A DNA stretch of 64,000 nucleotides from an uncultured Ignavibacteria bacterium (GCA_964415885.1 CAYQCE010000001.1:8871-72870), one strand, 5' to 3'. Counted from the stretch's first letter, positions 39,414 through 51,589 are shown. Notes: a model not told the origin generated them from the letters alone. Translations and numbers: made by a program.

Positions 39414-39627
39414 GCCCGCCGCTTATGCACTTGAAATCGGGCCCCGGTTGAACAAGCTGCAGCCGGGGTTCGGAAGCTGTTTGGTGTCTTATTAGACAGC
39501 CTCCTCTCTTATGTCGATGACCTGACCGCCACGAAATAATATCATTGTTACCCCGCCCTAATATTCTACTAATATTTCGGTGCGATCTTTGCCGTGACAC
39601 CAAAACAAGGGTACGTACTGGCAGCTC

Positions 39628-39668
39628 AAACCTCCTTTCGTTCAACGATCGGAGGTTTTTTTCTTCTC
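39628..39668 (+). terminator. Rho-independent terminator
   Basis: The stem aaacctcc...ggaggttt is followed by tttttttcttc. Confidence 0.6.
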
Positions 39669-39745
39669 CTGTTCAACATTCGAACACCTTGTGCCGACAT
39701 CTATGAAGTGAGACGCAAGCTGCGAACCAGGGCGCAGGAGTCAGA

Positions 39746-41155
39746 ATGCCACTTGATACGTTCGGAGTAAAAAGTTCAAATCCGGCAGCGAAAACCATGA
39801 GATCATTTTGTGCAAGGCAACATTCGCGAATCGAGGCGTTTCGCTTACTCGAAATCGAGAATTCCGAGTTGAGGCACTCCGGCATCTCGCTTCTCGCGGA
39901 CATAGCCCTGGAGGCAGGCAGTGAGAGTGGCTCCCGACGTCAGATGGTCGAGAGGCTGACTCATGTCATACGGAGCTATGGGGATTGGCTTAGACTTACG
40001 TCAGCCGAAGTGCGCTACTACAACGAAATCCTCGCGGATCGCCTGGCTGTACGCTCCCCTGGCAGCTTCGAAGCGGACATTGAATCTGAGTGCGGGGAGG
40101 CGGGGCGGCTTTTACTGTCGTTCAACGAAGATTTCGCTCGCCGATTCAGATCATGTCTCCAGAGTCTCACCGACGCGTGTGCCGCCGCCGTATCACTCAA
40201 GCTCTTTGATTTCGAAAAGATGCTCGATGATCGTGCCGAAGTCGAACGGCTCTCTCTGGCGGTCCCGGGCGAATCCCGAAAGCTGGCGGAGATTGCGGGG
40301 CAACAACGCGAAGAGAATAAACGCAGGGAAACGGCCGAGGCGGCCCTTCGCGAATCCGAGGAGTTGCATCGTGTTACTCTCGGCAGTATCTCCGACGCGG
40401 TCTTCTTAACCGACGACGACGGTCGCTTTACGTATGTTTGTCCGAATGTCCACGTGATTTTCGGTTATGATCGCGACGAAGCGAGAGCACTTGGATCGAT
40501 CGACAAGCTCGTCGGCTGCGACTTGTTCTCGATAGATGCGCTGGAGGAAGTCATGGAAATCGAGAACATCGAGCGGGGAATACTCGACAAGTACGGCCTC
40601 ATGCACTACCTGTTGATAAATGTCAAGCGCGTCTCCATTCTGGGCAGCACGGCGCTAATCACATGCCGCGATATTACGGGCCGAAAGAAGGCGGAGGACC
40701 AGCTTAGAGAAATAAACTCCAAGCTCGAAGCGGAACGGTTCGCGCTGAGAGAGAAGAACATCGTCCTGAAGGGCGTGCTGGAGGAAATCGACGGTGAAAA
40801 GAAGCTGATCGAGCGCCGGGTGCAGTCCAACGTTGATCGAGTTATCCTCCCGACTCTTCGTCTCATCCGGAGCCGACTGAATCAGTCCGACAGCGAATAC
40901 GCGGACCTTCTCGAACGTAATCTCCGTGACGTAGTCTCCCCCTTTGTATCCGAACTGGAATCACGATGCCAACGTCTCGCGCCCCGCGAACTCGAGATAT
41001 GCAATCTCCTGAGAATGGGTCTCTCCTCGAAAGAAATAGCCGATTCACTCACGATCTCGGTTCATACGGTAAACAAGCAGCGTCAGCGCATCCGAAAGAA
41101 GCTTGGATTAGCCAACACAAATCTCAATCTACCGACATTTCTGAAATCGATGTAA
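39746..41155 (+). CDS. PAS-domain LuxR-family transcriptional regulator (paralog 2 of 3)
   Basis: PAS region VTLGSISDAVFLTDDDGRFTYVCPNVHVIFGYDRDEA. The same coiled-coil linker as the other paralogs, with the LuxR HTH LAPRELEICNLLRMGLSSKEIADSLTISVHTVNKQRQRIRKKLGL. Confidence 0.8.
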   Translation: MPLDTFGVKSSNPAAKTMRSFCARQHSRIEAFRLLEIENSELRHSGISLLADIALEAGSESGSRRQMVERLTHVIRSYGDWLRLTSAEVRYYNEILADRLAVRSPGSFEADIESECGEAGRLLLSFNEDFARRFRSCLQSLTDACAAAVSLKLFDFEKMLDDRAEVERLSLAVPGESRKLAEIAGQQREENKRRETAEAALRESEELHRVTLGSISDAVFLTDDDGRFTYVCPNVHVIFGYDRDEARALGSIDKLVGCDLFSIDALEEVMEIENIERGILDKYGLMHYLLINVKRVSILGSTALITCRDITGRKKAEDQLREINSKLEAERFALREKNIVLKGVLEEIDGEKKLIERRVQSNVDRVILPTLRLIRSRLNQSDSEYADLLERNLRDVVSPFVSELESRCQRLAPRELEICNLLRMGLSSKEIADSLTISVHTVNKQRQRIRKKLGLANTNLNLPTFLKSM

Positions 41156-41460
41156 CAGTCTGAAACGATTGCACGATTCTCCTGCGTAGCTCTCGAACGT
41201 TGTTCGCTCGAGAATGAGTACGCATTGTACTCAAGTAGTAGGCAAAGTTGTCTTATTAACCTCAGTGAAAAATGGTCGAAATGAACAATAAATAAACCAT
41301 AAACGAACCGAATATCGTTCGGATTAGGCTCTGCGTATCCGGTCAGGGCTATTGCAGAATTCGAACCCAACGAACTGACATTGACTGCGCACAGCACAAT
41401 TGAGATTGTCGCCATTGGGATTGATGACCGTCGCAGTCGAGTAACGCAAGGGGAGGGCAA

Positions 41461-43635
41461 GTGTTCAAAAACCTGAAAATCAACACCAAGCTCATCGCGA
41501 TCTTCATGCTGATCGGATTAGTTCCGCTCATCACAGCCGCGATGATCTCGCTCAACAACAGCTCCGCTGCACTCGAGGAATCAGCGTTCAATCAGTTGAT
41601 CTCGCTTAGAGATGTCAAGAAGGGGCAGGTCGAGAATTACTTTGGGGAACGTCTCGGAGATGTCTCCGTGCTGTCCACCAATCCAACCGTGCTCGCTGCG
41701 CTGAAAGCCTACGAAGCCGGTTTCGACAATGGTGGGGTAAACGGAGAAGCTTGGAAGAGCGCGGATGAGACATACTCAAAGTGGTTGACACAGTACGAGA
41801 AGGAGTACGGTTACTATGATCTGTTCCTGATCTCGGCTGACGGAGATATTGTCTATACGGTTGAGAAGGAGCCGGATTTCGGTACCAACATCGTCAACGG
41901 TCGCTTTTCCAACGAGAACATTGCAGAGCTTTTTAGTAAGGCTCGGACCAGTGTGTCGATGGTAGACTTTGCTCCATACGCGCCTTCCAACGGTGCCGCC
42001 GCGTCATTTGTCGGTGCTCCCGTCCGTGACGAACACGGGCAGTTCATCGGCGAGGTGGCCCTCCAGCTCCCGCTCGATCGAATAAACGCCATAATGCAGG
42101 AGAGGAGCGGACTCGGTGAATCCGGCGAGACATACCTTGTCGGTAAGGACCTATTGATGAGATCTGACTCGAGATTTTCCAGGGAATCTACCGTCCTGAG
42201 CCAGAGTATCGAGACAGAGACCGCCCGCGACGCCATAGCCGGAAATTCGGGTGCGGAAATAGTCAAGGACTATCGCGGAATAAACGTTCTCTCTGCGTAC
42301 GCTCCGCTGGTTGTCGGGGGAATGCAGTGGGGTGTCCTGGCGGAGATCGACGAGGAAGAGGCATTCGCGAAAGTCGCCGCACTCCGTAACTCGATAATCA
42401 TCCTCGGAGTGATTCTTGCGCTGATCGTGGCAGTTGTTGGCTGGTTTTTCGCGAGAAGCATCTCCAGACCAATCACGGAGATCTCGACAGCGGCCGAGAA
42501 GATCGCAGTTGGCGATATCGATCAGTCGATTACGATCCGGTCCGGTGATGAAATCGGTATTCTCGCTGACTCATTCCGGAGTCTGATCGAGTATATGAAC
42601 AGCCTGTCTCGGGCAGCGCAGTCTATTGCGGATAACGATCTCACGATTTCTGTAGAGCCGAAGTCCGAGAAGGATGTCCTCGGGCAGTCGTTCAAGACAA
42701 TGATTCGGAATCTGACAGGAGTCATTCGCCAGTTGACGGACAACGCCCGTGAACTCGTAGCAGCGGCTGGTGAAATAGCAAGTTCGTCCGAACAGATGTC
42801 TCGCGGAGCCAAGACCCAGTCGGATCAGATGGGGCAGGTCTCATCGGCCGTTGAGGAAATGACTGCTACTATAGTGCAGAGCACGAAGAACGCTTCGGAA
42901 GCGTCCGAGGCTTCGCAGGGGGCATCGTCGACTGCTCAGGAAGGCGGCACAATCGTCTCCGACACAATACAGGGCATGCAGCAAATATCTGACACAGTTC
43001 GCGAGTCAGCAGAATCGATCAGCAAGCTCGCCCAGTCGGCAGAGCAGATAGGTGATATTATCGGCGTGATTGATGATATCGCCGACCAGACGAATCTCCT
43101 CGCTCTGAATGCCGCAATAGAGGCAGCCAGGGCCGGTGAGCAGGGCCGCGGGTTTGCGGTTGTTGCCGATGAGGTCAGAAAGCTCGCCGAGAGAACGGGT
43201 CACGCCACGGGCGAGATCACGGAGATGATACGAGGCATTCAGGGAGAGACCGAGGATGCGGTCAAGTCCATGAAGTCCGGTATCGAGCAGGTCGATCAGG
43301 GCCGTGGACTTGCGGATCAGGCCGGCAACAGCCTGACCGAGATTGTAGGCATGGCGAACCGCGTCGTAGATATGATACAGCAGATTGCCACAGCGAGTGA
43401 GCAGCAATCGGCAGCCGCGGAACAGATCACCAAGAATATCGAAGAAGTATCGAACATCACGCGAGAAACGGCGTCGGGCGCTGAGCAGTCCGCAACCGCT
43501 GCGGAAGAGCTCAATCGTCAGGCTGAAGGTCTACAACAGATGATCGGTCGATTCCGCGTGAGAAATGACGAGATCGAGAACCGCGTTACTGAAGAAACTG
43601 CAAGCGTGGAACCCGGCAGAGTTGTGACGGATTAG
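41461..43635 (+). CDS. Methyl-accepting chemotaxis protein with a periplasmic Cache-like sensor, HAMP and MCP signalling domain
   Basis: GTG start, then N-terminal [34 protein letters not shown] ~280-aa periplasmic region ends at a second TM. The cytoplasmic domain is a close paralog of the MCP at 36772-38841, sharing the tip [47 protein letters not shown]. Confidence 0.9.
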   Translation: MFKNLKINTKLIAIFMLIGLVPLITAAMISLNNSSAALEESAFNQLISLRDVKKGQVENYFGERLGDVSVLSTNPTVLAALKAYEAGFDNGGVNGEAWKSADETYSKWLTQYEKEYGYYDLFLISADGDIVYTVEKEPDFGTNIVNGRFSNENIAELFSKARTSVSMVDFAPYAPSNGAAASFVGAPVRDEHGQFIGEVALQLPLDRINAIMQERSGLGESGETYLVGKDLLMRSDSRFSRESTVLSQSIETETARDAIAGNSGAEIVKDYRGINVLSAYAPLVVGGMQWGVLAEIDEEEAFAKVAALRNSIIILGVILALIVAVVGWFFARSISRPITEISTAAEKIAVGDIDQSITIRSGDEIGILADSFRSLIEYMNSLSRAAQSIADNDLTISVEPKSEKDVLGQSFKTMIRNLTGVIRQLTDNARELVAAAGEIASSSEQMSRGAKTQSDQMGQVSSAVEEMTATIVQSTKNASEASEASQGASSTAQEGGTIVSDTIQGMQQISDTVRESAESISKLAQSAEQIGDIIGVIDDIADQTNLLALNAAIEAARAGEQGRGFAVVADEVRKLAERTGHATGEITEMIRGIQGETEDAVKSMKSGIEQVDQGRGLADQAGNSLTEIVGMANRVVDMIQQIATASEQQSAAAEQITKNIEEVSNITRETASGAEQSATAAEELNRQAEGLQQMIGRFRVRNDEIENRVTEETASVEPGRVVTD

Positions 43636-43928
43636 CAGCACGGAAGTGAAGGACTTTGGGCCATGGATGCGGATCAAGTGCGATCCAAGCCTGGACTGAA
43701 GCAGAATACTCGATAGAATGACCTCAAGCGTTTTCCAGTTGACGGTTTCCAGCTTGATCGGGGCGGCTCTCTAAAGGCCGCCCCACCCCATTAAACCTGC
43801 TGAGGTACTCGGTAGGGATCGACAGCCAATATCTATAGCCTTGATCCATGATACACTAAAAGACCTTGACTTTGACGATCCTCCGGCTACACTGTAACTG
43901 ACAGGCCCCATATTCGTCTTTCCCATCT

Positions 43929-46298
43929 GTGCGGCAGCAGAGCTGTACGGGGCCGAAGAAGAAGGACAAAATGGACACCGCCGATAACGAGTCTTCCGGT
44001 GAAGATCGACCGGGTGATTACAAGACTGCTTACCCGGTCGGCGGCTCGCGGTCGAAGCTCGACTACTACGCAGATCTCCTCGAGAACGCACCGATAGCAT
44101 ACCAGTCACTCGATGCGAACGGTCGTATACGCGACGTAAACGATTACTGGTGTTCGCTCCTCGGCTATCATCGGTCGGAGGTGATTGGCCGGGCGTTTGC
44201 GGAGTTCATTCCATCACCGTTCCTTCAGACCTTTCGGTCATCTTTCCGAAAGTTCAAATCTCATGGATCGATATCAGACAGAGAGTTCGATCTGGTTAGC
44301 AAGAGTGGCAAGATACTGACAGTCTCTTTCGACGGCCAAGTCCAGTGCGATAGCTGTGGAGACTTCATCTGCACACATTGTATAATGCGAGACCTGACCG
44401 ATCAGCGGCGGGCGGAAGCGGAGTCGCGCGATTATTCGGTGAAGCTGTCCAGTTTCATAGAGTGCTCGGACAGCATCCTTGTCCTGCATGATCTCGATGG
44501 AAACTACCTGTACTTCAACGGACCCTCTGTTTTTGGTGTCGATCAGGAGTCGATCGTGGGGAAATCGGTCAGAGACCTTTTCAGCAATGAAGAAGCGGAA
44601 CGGCTCATCGAGCAGATTCGCGAGGTTGCGTCCTCGCGCCGTGCGCTTCAAGCGGAAAACTCTGTCGAGTGGGACGGCGATAGACTGTGGTTCCTGGATC
44701 ATGTATATCCCGTGATCGACGACGACGATGAAGTACGGCGCGTCGGCAAAGTCTGCCTTAATATTACTGCTCTCAAGAAGAAGGACCTGCTGCTTGAGGA
44801 GGCCAATTCCCGGCTCAGAACAATAATCGACAGTGTAAAGAGATCGTTCGTTCTCTTGGATTCAGACTACAGCGTAATCATGGCAAATGGAGTCGCGAAA
44901 GATACAACTCGCCTGATGTTAGGCAGAGAGATCAGCGCAGGAGATGCGATTCTGGAGATTATTCCGTTGTCGGACAGGGGAGATTTTGAGTCATACCTTC
45001 GGTCTGCCTACAAAGGCAAGTCGGTGACGATTGATAGAATGCGAATCAATGACTATGACGAGAAGAACTGGTATCGGTTCAGCTTCCATCCCGTGGGGAC
45101 TGATAAGGGAGGAACATCGTGCGTCTGTCTGATGGTCGAAGATGTCACGTATGAACACCGTTACTTGACCGAGGTCTCCCGATTAGATAAGCTCGAGTCG
45201 GTCGGAGGTCTCGCCGCCGGAATAGCACATGAATTCAACAATGTCCTGAGCGGGATAGTGGGCAGCCTGTCTCTGCTGAAGACAGACCTCGACATCCACT
45301 CGGATGGCTACGCTATCGCTATGGAGGCAGAGAAGTCGGCGGCTCGCGCGCGCAGGCTGACGGAGCAGTTGATTACTTTCTCTCGCGGCGGGCATCTCGT
45401 CAAATCTGCGTGTCTTGTCGCTGATATTGTGGATGAAGCCCTGGAGTATGCATCCCTCGATTCGAGTATAAACGTGAAACGGGAGATTGCGGGTGATATT
45501 TGGTCGGTGGCAGCGGACTCAAGCCAGCTTGCGGAGACATTCCTGAATCTGCTTCTAAACGCAGAACAGGCTATGCCGGTGGGTGGCTATGTAACCATAA
45601 CAGGTCGAAACATCGAGATAGACAGTTCCTCCGGCATCCCACTGGATGATGGCAGATATGTCTCGATCTCCGTGGCCGACAGCGGAGTTGGAATTTCGGC
45701 GGATAAGGTCGACAGGATCTTTGATCCGTTCTATTCCACGAAGAAGTTGGGACACGGCCTGGGGCTGACAGCGAGTTATGCAATCGTGCGTCGTCACGGG
45801 GGGCATATAACCGTGGAATCTACGCCGTACCTCGGCTCGCGATTCACAGTCTACCTTCCGGCTTCAATCGAACCAGCCAATCGCAATGAGATATTGAGGG
45901 ATCTCCGCGCACAGTCCGCCTGTCGTATACTGTTCATCGATAATGAACCCGCGATGTGTCGCTTCGCCAGATTGACATTGAGTTCGCTCGGCTATGATGT
46001 CACGATTGTCTCGGATGCACTCGAGGGAATATCGATGCTTGAAACGGCAGTTCGTTCAGGTGTCCGATACGATCTTGTGATTCTGGATGTCGATGATCCG
46101 GACTGTGCACTCGCGACGGAGACTCTTCGGAAGCTCAAGAACCTTGACTCGAATGTTCCGGTGCTCGCGACGTGTCATGATCCGGACGCGCATCTTTTGC
46201 GCGATTACGATGAAACAGGCTTCTCCGGCGCCCTCGCAAAGCCATACTCTGTTTATCAACTCGGCTCAGAAGTGAGCCGGGTAACTGCTCGCTCGTAG
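43929..46298 (+). CDS. Hybrid sensor histidine kinase (PAS domains, HisKA, HATPase_c, C-terminal receiver-like domain)
   Basis: H box LAAGIAHEFNNVLSGIVGSL. ATPase motifs DSGVGI and GHGLGL. The C-terminal REC-like region is ILFIDNEPAMCRFARLTL...DLVILDVDDPD. The start is possibly at MDTADNE (43971). Confidence 0.8.
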   Translation: MRQQSCTGPKKKDKMDTADNESSGEDRPGDYKTAYPVGGSRSKLDYYADLLENAPIAYQSLDANGRIRDVNDYWCSLLGYHRSEVIGRAFAEFIPSPFLQTFRSSFRKFKSHGSISDREFDLVSKSGKILTVSFDGQVQCDSCGDFICTHCIMRDLTDQRRAEAESRDYSVKLSSFIECSDSILVLHDLDGNYLYFNGPSVFGVDQESIVGKSVRDLFSNEEAERLIEQIREVASSRRALQAENSVEWDGDRLWFLDHVYPVIDDDDEVRRVGKVCLNITALKKKDLLLEEANSRLRTIIDSVKRSFVLLDSDYSVIMANGVAKDTTRLMLGREISAGDAILEIIPLSDRGDFESYLRSAYKGKSVTIDRMRINDYDEKNWYRFSFHPVGTDKGGTSCVCLMVEDVTYEHRYLTEVSRLDKLESVGGLAAGIAHEFNNVLSGIVGSLSLLKTDLDIHSDGYAIAMEAEKSAARARRLTEQLITFSRGGHLVKSACLVADIVDEALEYASLDSSINVKREIAGDIWSVAADSSQLAETFLNLLLNAEQAMPVGGYVTITGRNIEIDSSSGIPLDDGRYVSISVADSGVGISADKVDRIFDPFYSTKKLGHGLGLTASYAIVRRHGGHITVESTPYLGSRFTVYLPASIEPANRNEILRDLRAQSACRILFIDNEPAMCRFARLTLSSLGYDVTIVSDALEGISMLETAVRSGVRYDLVILDVDDPDCALATETLRKLKNLDSNVPVLATCHDPDAHLLRDYDETGFSGALAKPYSVYQLGSEVSRVTARS

Positions 46299-46455
46299 TG
46301 GGGTTGATAAACTCCCAGCCGAATACATCATCAGTGAAAACACTTGATTTGCGGTAGACTGTAGTGCTCTGAGGGTTCGGAATACAGACAGATACAACCA
46401 CAAGCTCGTAGCCAACTAACGGATTATTGGAGTTGGATATTTTTGCGCGTATCAG

Positions 46456-46490
46456 GACGGGAGCCCCAAAAGGGCTCCCGTTTCTTCTAT
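46456..46490 (+). terminator. Rho-independent terminator in a convergent intergenic region
   Basis: gacgggagccc-caaaa-gggctcccgt forms a 10-bp perfect stem followed by ttcttct. Confidence 0.6.
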
Positions 46491-46516
46491 CTGCAACGCT
46501 CTGATCGACTTGTCGA

Positions 46517-49500
46517 TCAGTCGCAATCCGCGCAAGGATCTGCTCCACCCTGGAAGACATGCTCGATAATGTATACGACATCATCGATATCTACCGAGTC
46601 GGAACAGTTGACATCACCGGACTCAGGCGGCACCGGATCAGCACCACCCTGGAAGACATACTGGATGACGTAGACGATATCGTCAATGTCGACACCTTCG
46701 CTTTCATCAACGTCGCCGCACACAAACGTCTCGATAACGAATGACATCGTATCAGAGCCGCAGAAGTCATGAGCGGCTACCGAGATTGTCTCAGTCGATC
46801 TGGCATCCGGTACAGTACCGGTTACCGTGTCATTCTGGACTGTCGACCAGGCGGGAACGCTCAGGAACTCCAGTGTGATCTCGGTGTCGTCCGGATCGGT
46901 TACAACCGGTACAAACATGAGCTCCGAACCGTTATACATTGCTTCGTCGTCCACCTCTGCTATCGACGGCGGTACGTTCGAGTGGTCAATGTCAATTGTA
47001 ACGAGTAGCGTATCATTGAGCGAACCATCGCTGACAATGACCGTAAAGAGCGTATCTTCGTGATCACAGCCCGCTGTTCCAGTCACCGTAACATCTGTGA
47101 GAGAACACCAGCTTGGCAGATTCTCAACGGAGAATGTGAGTTCGGTGCCGTCACAGTTGTTGTCGTTGGCGGTAGCTGTGTAGCTGAATTCCTCACCGGG
47201 CTCGAGTCCAATGTAAGATTCAGAGGATATAGTCGGAGCCTGGTTGTGGAACTGCGGATCACAGCAATCATCTTCCGGATGATCAGGACAATCGTCGCAA
47301 ACATCGCCTGCACCGTCCTCATCCGAATCGAGCTGGTCTTCATTCGGAGTAGTCGGGCAGTTGTCTTCGTCGCAGGTGTTGGCCGCGTAACCCGGATTTC
47401 CATAGCCGTCGCCATCGGTGTCTGTGCATTCGTCACATACGTCTCCGATGCCGTCACCGTCGGCATCCGCCTGATCCTCGTTCGCGATTGACGGGCAGTT
47501 GTCCTCATCACAGTTGTTGGCTGTGTATCCGGGATCGCCGTATCCGTCACCGTCGGTGTCTGTGCAGTGATCGCATGCGTCTCCGATACCGTCGCCATCG
47601 GCGTCAGCCTGATCTGCATTCTCGACGTTCGGGCAGTTGTCGGTATCACATGTGTTATGCGGGAAGCCCGGATCACCGAATCCGTCACCGTCAGAATCCG
47701 TGCAGACGTCGCACGAATCGCCTATGCCGTCGGAATCGGCATCTTCCTGGTTCGGATTGTAGACATCCGGACACACATCACAGAGATTACCGATACCGTC
47801 AGCGTCAGTGTCTTCCTGCTCCGGATTAGAGACGATCGGGCAGTTGTCGAGAATGTCGATGATACCGTCGCCATCCGTGTCAGTCTGGTCGTCACACTCA
47901 TACAGATTGACCGTGAAACCGTCGACGCCGGATTCGTTGATTGACTGAGGATCGCCGTCATTGGCTGTGAATCTGACGCGCATATCGGAAGTCATCGTTA
48001 CGCCTGCGGCGGATAGCGCAGCGGCGTCAATCTCGTGAAATCTCCATAGGAGACCGCCGTCGGTGTTGTGATTCGCAATCTGAGTCCACGGTCCGGAGAG
48101 GCCGTTGCTGCTGATCTCAACGAGCAGCTTGTCGGTCCCGTCCGTGTTTGTCAGTCTCAGGAAATAGTAGTACGAAATCGAGGCGATTCCGTTCGCCATA
48201 TCCAATGTTGGTGAGATGAGAGTCACCGAGCCATTGTCAACATCAGTGTTACCGGATGTGTTCTCAGTGAGGAAACACTGTCCGCTTCCATCGCCGTCTG
48301 ATGCGGGATCATAGTCCCAGCTCCCGTCGTTGACCGGTGTTCCTCTCTGCCAGTATCCGCTTGTTGCGCCGCTGTAGGAGGTTGTCCAGCCCTGATCGCT
48401 TTCGAAGTTGTCGTCGATGACATTTGTGAAGCTGGTGGCAACAATAGTCGTGAACGCCGATGAAGGCGCATCAGCCGGATCGGATACAGTGCCGAATCCG
48501 CTCGCTTCGGCGGTGACGTACCATGAGATCACGCTCTCGCAATCGGCTGCCGGAAGGATAGCATCGTAGTGATCCGGCGAGGTTTCGGTCATGGTCCCGG
48601 ATACGTACGGCGCTCCATCGATCGAGTAGAAGAGCTGTCCGCTACCCGGCGTGGGAGCGACGGCGTTATCATTTATGACAACCTCGACCGTTGTGGTCTG
48701 GTTCGGCATCACTGTCTGAGGTCTGCCATTCGGATACTCGAACAGAATCGGGCTCAGCTCGGGACAGTCCATGTTGTGGGCGCCGAAGCCGGCACAGATT
48801 TCAGGATAATGCGGCGTGCCGTTGTCAAGGTTGGCGTCGTCATCATCGAGAGTCAGCCAGTCGATCGTGATCTGCGGTGTAATGGATGTACCCGTGTGAA
48901 GCAGTATCGAGTTGATCGATAGATCGGCCAGGATTGTAATATAATTCGGGTAGTTTCCGATGAGCTCGTTGCGCGTGCTCCAGACACATCCGGAGTAGAG
49001 CTGGCCGCAGTAGTGAATTGCGCCGGAGCAGGGGTACTGGAACGTGTTATCCGCATTTCTCAAAGCCTCGGAGCAACTGCCGTAGAAACCCAGACCGAGC
49101 TCTGGTGAATCCGATAGCAATAGCGACATGATATCGCTGGTACCCTCACCATACTCGCCCTGTCCGCTGCCGCCTACATTGACGAGGTGGTGGCCATATT
49201 CGTGATGAATCACGCTCGACCACGCCGTGTTGGGATGTCCGCTTCCTTCCTGACAGAAGTTGATGGAAACATCGCCGGGATCATACCACGCGTTGCCGGG
49301 GCAGTAGAAATCGTTCCTGTTCACATATACCGGGAAGTTAGACTGGGTGGATACCTGCGGATAGCTCGGGTTGACCTCAATCACAAGGTCGCGAATCTCG
49401 TTTGGTTCAATGTAGCCGTTGACCTGAGCACGAATGAGCGGGTCGGTGTTTGCGGTGTTGTGCTGGAAATCTGCAGGTCCCGGAGGCGTGACAATGCTGC

Positions 49501-50488
49501 TCAAGCCAACATCGCTTCCAGCGTAGTTATAGACATTGAAGTACTGCCCCTTCAGGACAGACTCGACCGTCACCTGGCCGGTTCCGCCATTCGAGATCGT
49601 GTAGTTGCCGTTTTCGTCGGTGTATGCGGTGGTTGCACCGATGCTTACTTTGGCGTAAGGGATCGGCGTATCGATCTCGTCCTCACAATGCTCGGCCCCA
49701 TGACCCTCGGTACCGAGACCCGATACATGGCCCGACACATCCTCGAAGATTATTCTGTCTTCGCTATACAGGATTTCACCGGTCTGAGCATCCGATACGA
49801 ACAGCCACTGTTCGCCGTTGTCACCGTAACCCACAAACTCCAGGGCGAGGCGGGGCTGTTCGGCTTCAACTCCGTCGTAGCCGGCCCAGACTTTAGTTGT
49901 CGGGTCGGTGAACCGCGTCATCTCAGGCATTTCGAGGCGTACAACCCGCTTGGCCGTTTCGAAGTCAGTCGCGAATCGATCCGGCACTCTGAAATCGCCG
50001 ACATCCCACATCGATGACACGGCGAGTACGAGCGGATAGCTCGGCTCGTTGCGCACGAGGAGCCTGAGTTCCGATCTGAAGACCGGGACGTTGTCGACGT
50101 ACTGACGGTAATAGACTAAAGTGAACTTGTAGCTGTCCTTCAGCCTGTCGTACATTAGCTGTTGCGTGCGGCGCTTGTCAGGCATCCTGCTCTCCGGAAC
50201 GAGCTGAGCGCTCTTCGCTCCGACCACAGCGGAGTGTCTCTGGACGAAACCTTCCGCCGATGCCTCCGGGCTCGATCCGAACGAGAACGGCGCGCCGTAG
50301 ATTCGCGTAACCTTGCCAATATCATCGTAGACCTTGATATTGGGGAACTCGCCGCGCAGACCCTGCAAAGCTGTCCGCGCTCGATCCTGCTTTCCGGACA
50401 TCTCCTCCTGTCCGAAAACTGTCGAGATGGACACCAGGAGCAGGACGGCAAGTACAGTAATCACCGTAAGATTTAGCACTCTCCTCAC
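46517..50488 (-). CDS. Large secreted zinc metalloprotease (HEYGHH, M6/immune-inhibitor-A-like) with ~8 thrombospondin type-3 repeats, Ig/cadherin-like domains and a C-terminal dockerin-like domain
   Basis: 1323 aa. Signal peptide [27 protein letters not shown]. HExxH context [18 protein letters not shown] long run of TSP3 motifs ([55 protein letters not shown]...) follows. The C-terminus reads [23 protein letters not shown]...[22 protein letters not shown]. Confidence 0.75.
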   Translation of the reverse strand: MRRVLNLTVITVLAVLLLVSISTVFGQEEMSGKQDRARTALQGLRGEFPNIKVYDDIGKVTRIYGAPFSFGSSPEASAEGFVQRHSAVVGAKSAQLVPESRMPDKRRTQQLMYDRLKDSYKFTLVYYRQYVDNVPVFRSELRLLVRNEPSYPLVLAVSSMWDVGDFRVPDRFATDFETAKRVVRLEMPEMTRFTDPTTKVWAGYDGVEAEQPRLALEFVGYGDNGEQWLFVSDAQTGEILYSEDRIIFEDVSGHVSGLGTEGHGAEHCEDEIDTPIPYAKVSIGATTAYTDENGNYTISNGGTGQVTVESVLKGQYFNVYNYAGSDVGLSSIVTPPGPADFQHNTANTDPLIRAQVNGYIEPNEIRDLVIEVNPSYPQVSTQSNFPVYVNRNDFYCPGNAWYDPGDVSINFCQEGSGHPNTAWSSVIHHEYGHHLVNVGGSGQGEYGEGTSDIMSLLLSDSPELGLGFYGSCSEALRNADNTFQYPCSGAIHYCGQLYSGCVWSTRNELIGNYPNYITILADLSINSILLHTGTSITPQITIDWLTLDDDDANLDNGTPHYPEICAGFGAHNMDCPELSPILFEYPNGRPQTVMPNQTTTVEVVINDNAVAPTPGSGQLFYSIDGAPYVSGTMTETSPDHYDAILPAADCESVISWYVTAEASGFGTVSDPADAPSSAFTTIVATSFTNVIDDNFESDQGWTTSYSGATSGYWQRGTPVNDGSWDYDPASDGDGSGQCFLTENTSGNTDVDNGSVTLISPTLDMANGIASISYYYFLRLTNTDGTDKLLVEISSNGLSGPWTQIANHNTDGGLLWRFHEIDAAALSAAGVTMTSDMRVRFTANDGDPQSINESGVDGFTVNLYECDDQTDTDGDGIIDILDNCPIVSNPEQEDTDADGIGNLCDVCPDVYNPNQEDADSDGIGDSCDVCTDSDGDGFGDPGFPHNTCDTDNCPNVENADQADADGDGIGDACDHCTDTDGDGYGDPGYTANNCDEDNCPSIANEDQADADGDGIGDVCDECTDTDGDGYGNPGYAANTCDEDNCPTTPNEDQLDSDEDGAGDVCDDCPDHPEDDCCDPQFHNQAPTISSESYIGLEPGEEFSYTATANDNNCDGTELTFSVENLPSWCSLTDVTVTGTAGCDHEDTLFTVIVSDGSLNDTLLVTIDIDHSNVPPSIAEVDDEAMYNGSELMFVPVVTDPDDTEITLEFLSVPAWSTVQNDTVTGTVPDARSTETISVAAHDFCGSDTMSFVIETFVCGDVDESEGVDIDDIVYVIQYVFQGGADPVPPESGDVNCSDSVDIDDVVYIIEHVFQGGADPCADCD
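47300..47890 (-). repeat. Intragenic tandem repeats encoding calcium-binding thrombospondin type-3 motifs
   Basis: Repetitive nucleotide blocks (gatgccgatggcgacggtatcgg..., tgtgcagacgtcgcacga...) encode reiterated DxDxDGxGDxCDxC..NxxQxDxD units inside the 46517-50488 CDS. They are coding repeats, not CRISPR. Confidence 0.8.
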
Positions 50489-50983
50489 GTTGTCTCTCCT
50501 TGTTTGGGATTACACTTGTACCGAAATATGGATAGGTGGATATATTTTGCAATATAGAGAACATAGATTATACTGCTTCGGCTGGTACAGGCCGCTGTAG
50601 AGAACATGAATGTATCAAAATAATCTCAGGCGGCTCAATACGTACTGTATGAGGCCGGAGATGGGTAACCTGATTTGCCGTAACCTAATCAAATATAAGA
50701 TCAAAATGCGATTTGTCTACCAAAAAAGCCGATTTTATTCTACCGGTTCAGTCCATGTTTGGTTTGGACCCGATTGTTGAACTCCAGCGAGAGGACTTGA
50801 AATGTTAGAATTAACTTATAGATGCAGGCTGAACGCTGGTCTGCGCCGGTTGACGTATCGAGATTCAACTATGCGGACAGTTTGCGACTGAGGATTACGT
50901 CCGGTCCAGGCCGGAACCTCGACAGTCTTCACCGTGTTAACAGGTCTGAGTCATATAATCACTACAGTTTGGAGGGAGTGCTG

Positions 50984-51394
50984 ATGGACTCAGTGTGTGT
51001 AAACTACTGGGCTGTGCTTGTGTCGGCTGCGGCATATTTCGTGCTCGGGGCCGTGTGGTATTCGCCGGTGATGTTCGGGAATGCCTGGATGAAGCTCCTG
51101 GGCTGGACAAAGGAGCAGGCGCAACAATATTTCTCGCCTCGGAAGCTTGTGTTCGTGTTCGTGCTGTCGCTTTTTGTGGCGTACGGTATCGCGCGGATAC
51201 TCTGCTGGACAGACCTGGAGCCGCTCTGGGGCGGGTTTGCGATCGGACTTACAGCCGGGCTGAATTTCGTAGCCCTCGCGTTCGGCATCAACGATCTCAT
51301 GGAGGCGCGGCCGGTCAAGCTGTTTCTGATCAATGCCGCCTATCACCTGATCGGTTTCGTGGGAATGGGGCTGATAATAGGAGCCTGGCGATAG
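50984..51394 (+). CDS. DUF1761-like small integral membrane protein
   Basis: An ATG after GGAGGG gives MDSVCVNYWAVLVSAAAYFVLGAVWYSPVMFGNAWMKLLGW..., four TM helices. The ORF track's 50822 start is probably upstream of the true start. Confidence 0.55.
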   Translation: MDSVCVNYWAVLVSAAAYFVLGAVWYSPVMFGNAWMKLLGWTKEQAQQYFSPRKLVFVFVLSLFVAYGIARILCWTDLEPLWGGFAIGLTAGLNFVALAFGINDLMEARPVKLFLINAAYHLIGFVGMGLIIGAWR

Positions 51395-51420
51395 GAGAGA
51401 TGTGCAAAGCTGCGAATTAG

Positions 51421-51450
51421 AAACGGGAGCCAGGCGGCTCCCGTTTTGAC
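51421..51450 (+). terminator. Rho-independent terminator
   Basis: aaacgggagcc-aggc-ggctcccgtttt, a 10-bp stem, tetraloop and U-tract, 27 nt after the stop of the DUF1761 gene. Confidence 0.7.
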
Positions 51451-51525
51451 TGCAAATTCGATTCTCACTCTACAGGATGATCCAGGTAGTTGACCACGGT
51501 GATCACCCCCGGCTCACAATCTCGC

Positions 51526-51554
51526 TTGACATCAGGGCTCGCGGGGGGTATAAT
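51526..51554 (+). promoter_or_regulatory. Perfect-consensus sigma70-type promoter (TTGACA-N17-TATAAT)
   Basis: TTGACA at 51526-51531, a 17-nt spacer, and TATAAT at 51549-51554. The predicted TSS is ~51561, about 320 nt upstream of the PAS-LuxR gene at 51877. Confidence 0.5.
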
Positions 51555-51589
51555 TTTCACATAGACCAAACAGCGCCGATAGTCTCAGA

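Noticed and set aside
41335-41400. TTCGAACCC-containing stretch resembling a tRNA T-arm
   Set aside because: The flanking sequence does not form an acceptor or T stem (the candidate T-stem arms are not complementary), and no D-arm or anticodon arm could be built. Probably chance.
43767-43791. Perfect 8-bp GC hairpin (ggggcggc-N9-gccgcccc) downstream of MCP2
   Set aside because: Not followed by a U-tract on either strand, so it was not called as an intrinsic terminator. It could still be a Rho-dependent or structural element; the evidence is insufficient to annotate.
47300-47890. Short direct nucleotide repeats that might be mistaken for a CRISPR array
   Set aside because: The repeats are in frame within a continuous 1323-aa CDS and encode reiterated thrombospondin type-3 calcium-binding motifs. 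There is no repeat-spacer periodicity and no cas genes.
50489-50983. AT-rich 500-bp divergent intergenic region examined for mobile-element ends, small ORFs or sRNA
   Set aside because: Only weak promoter-like hexamers were found (for example a TATAAT at ~50948 without a well-spaced -35). No inverted repeats, integrase or transposase remnants, or conserved RNA structure were recognised.
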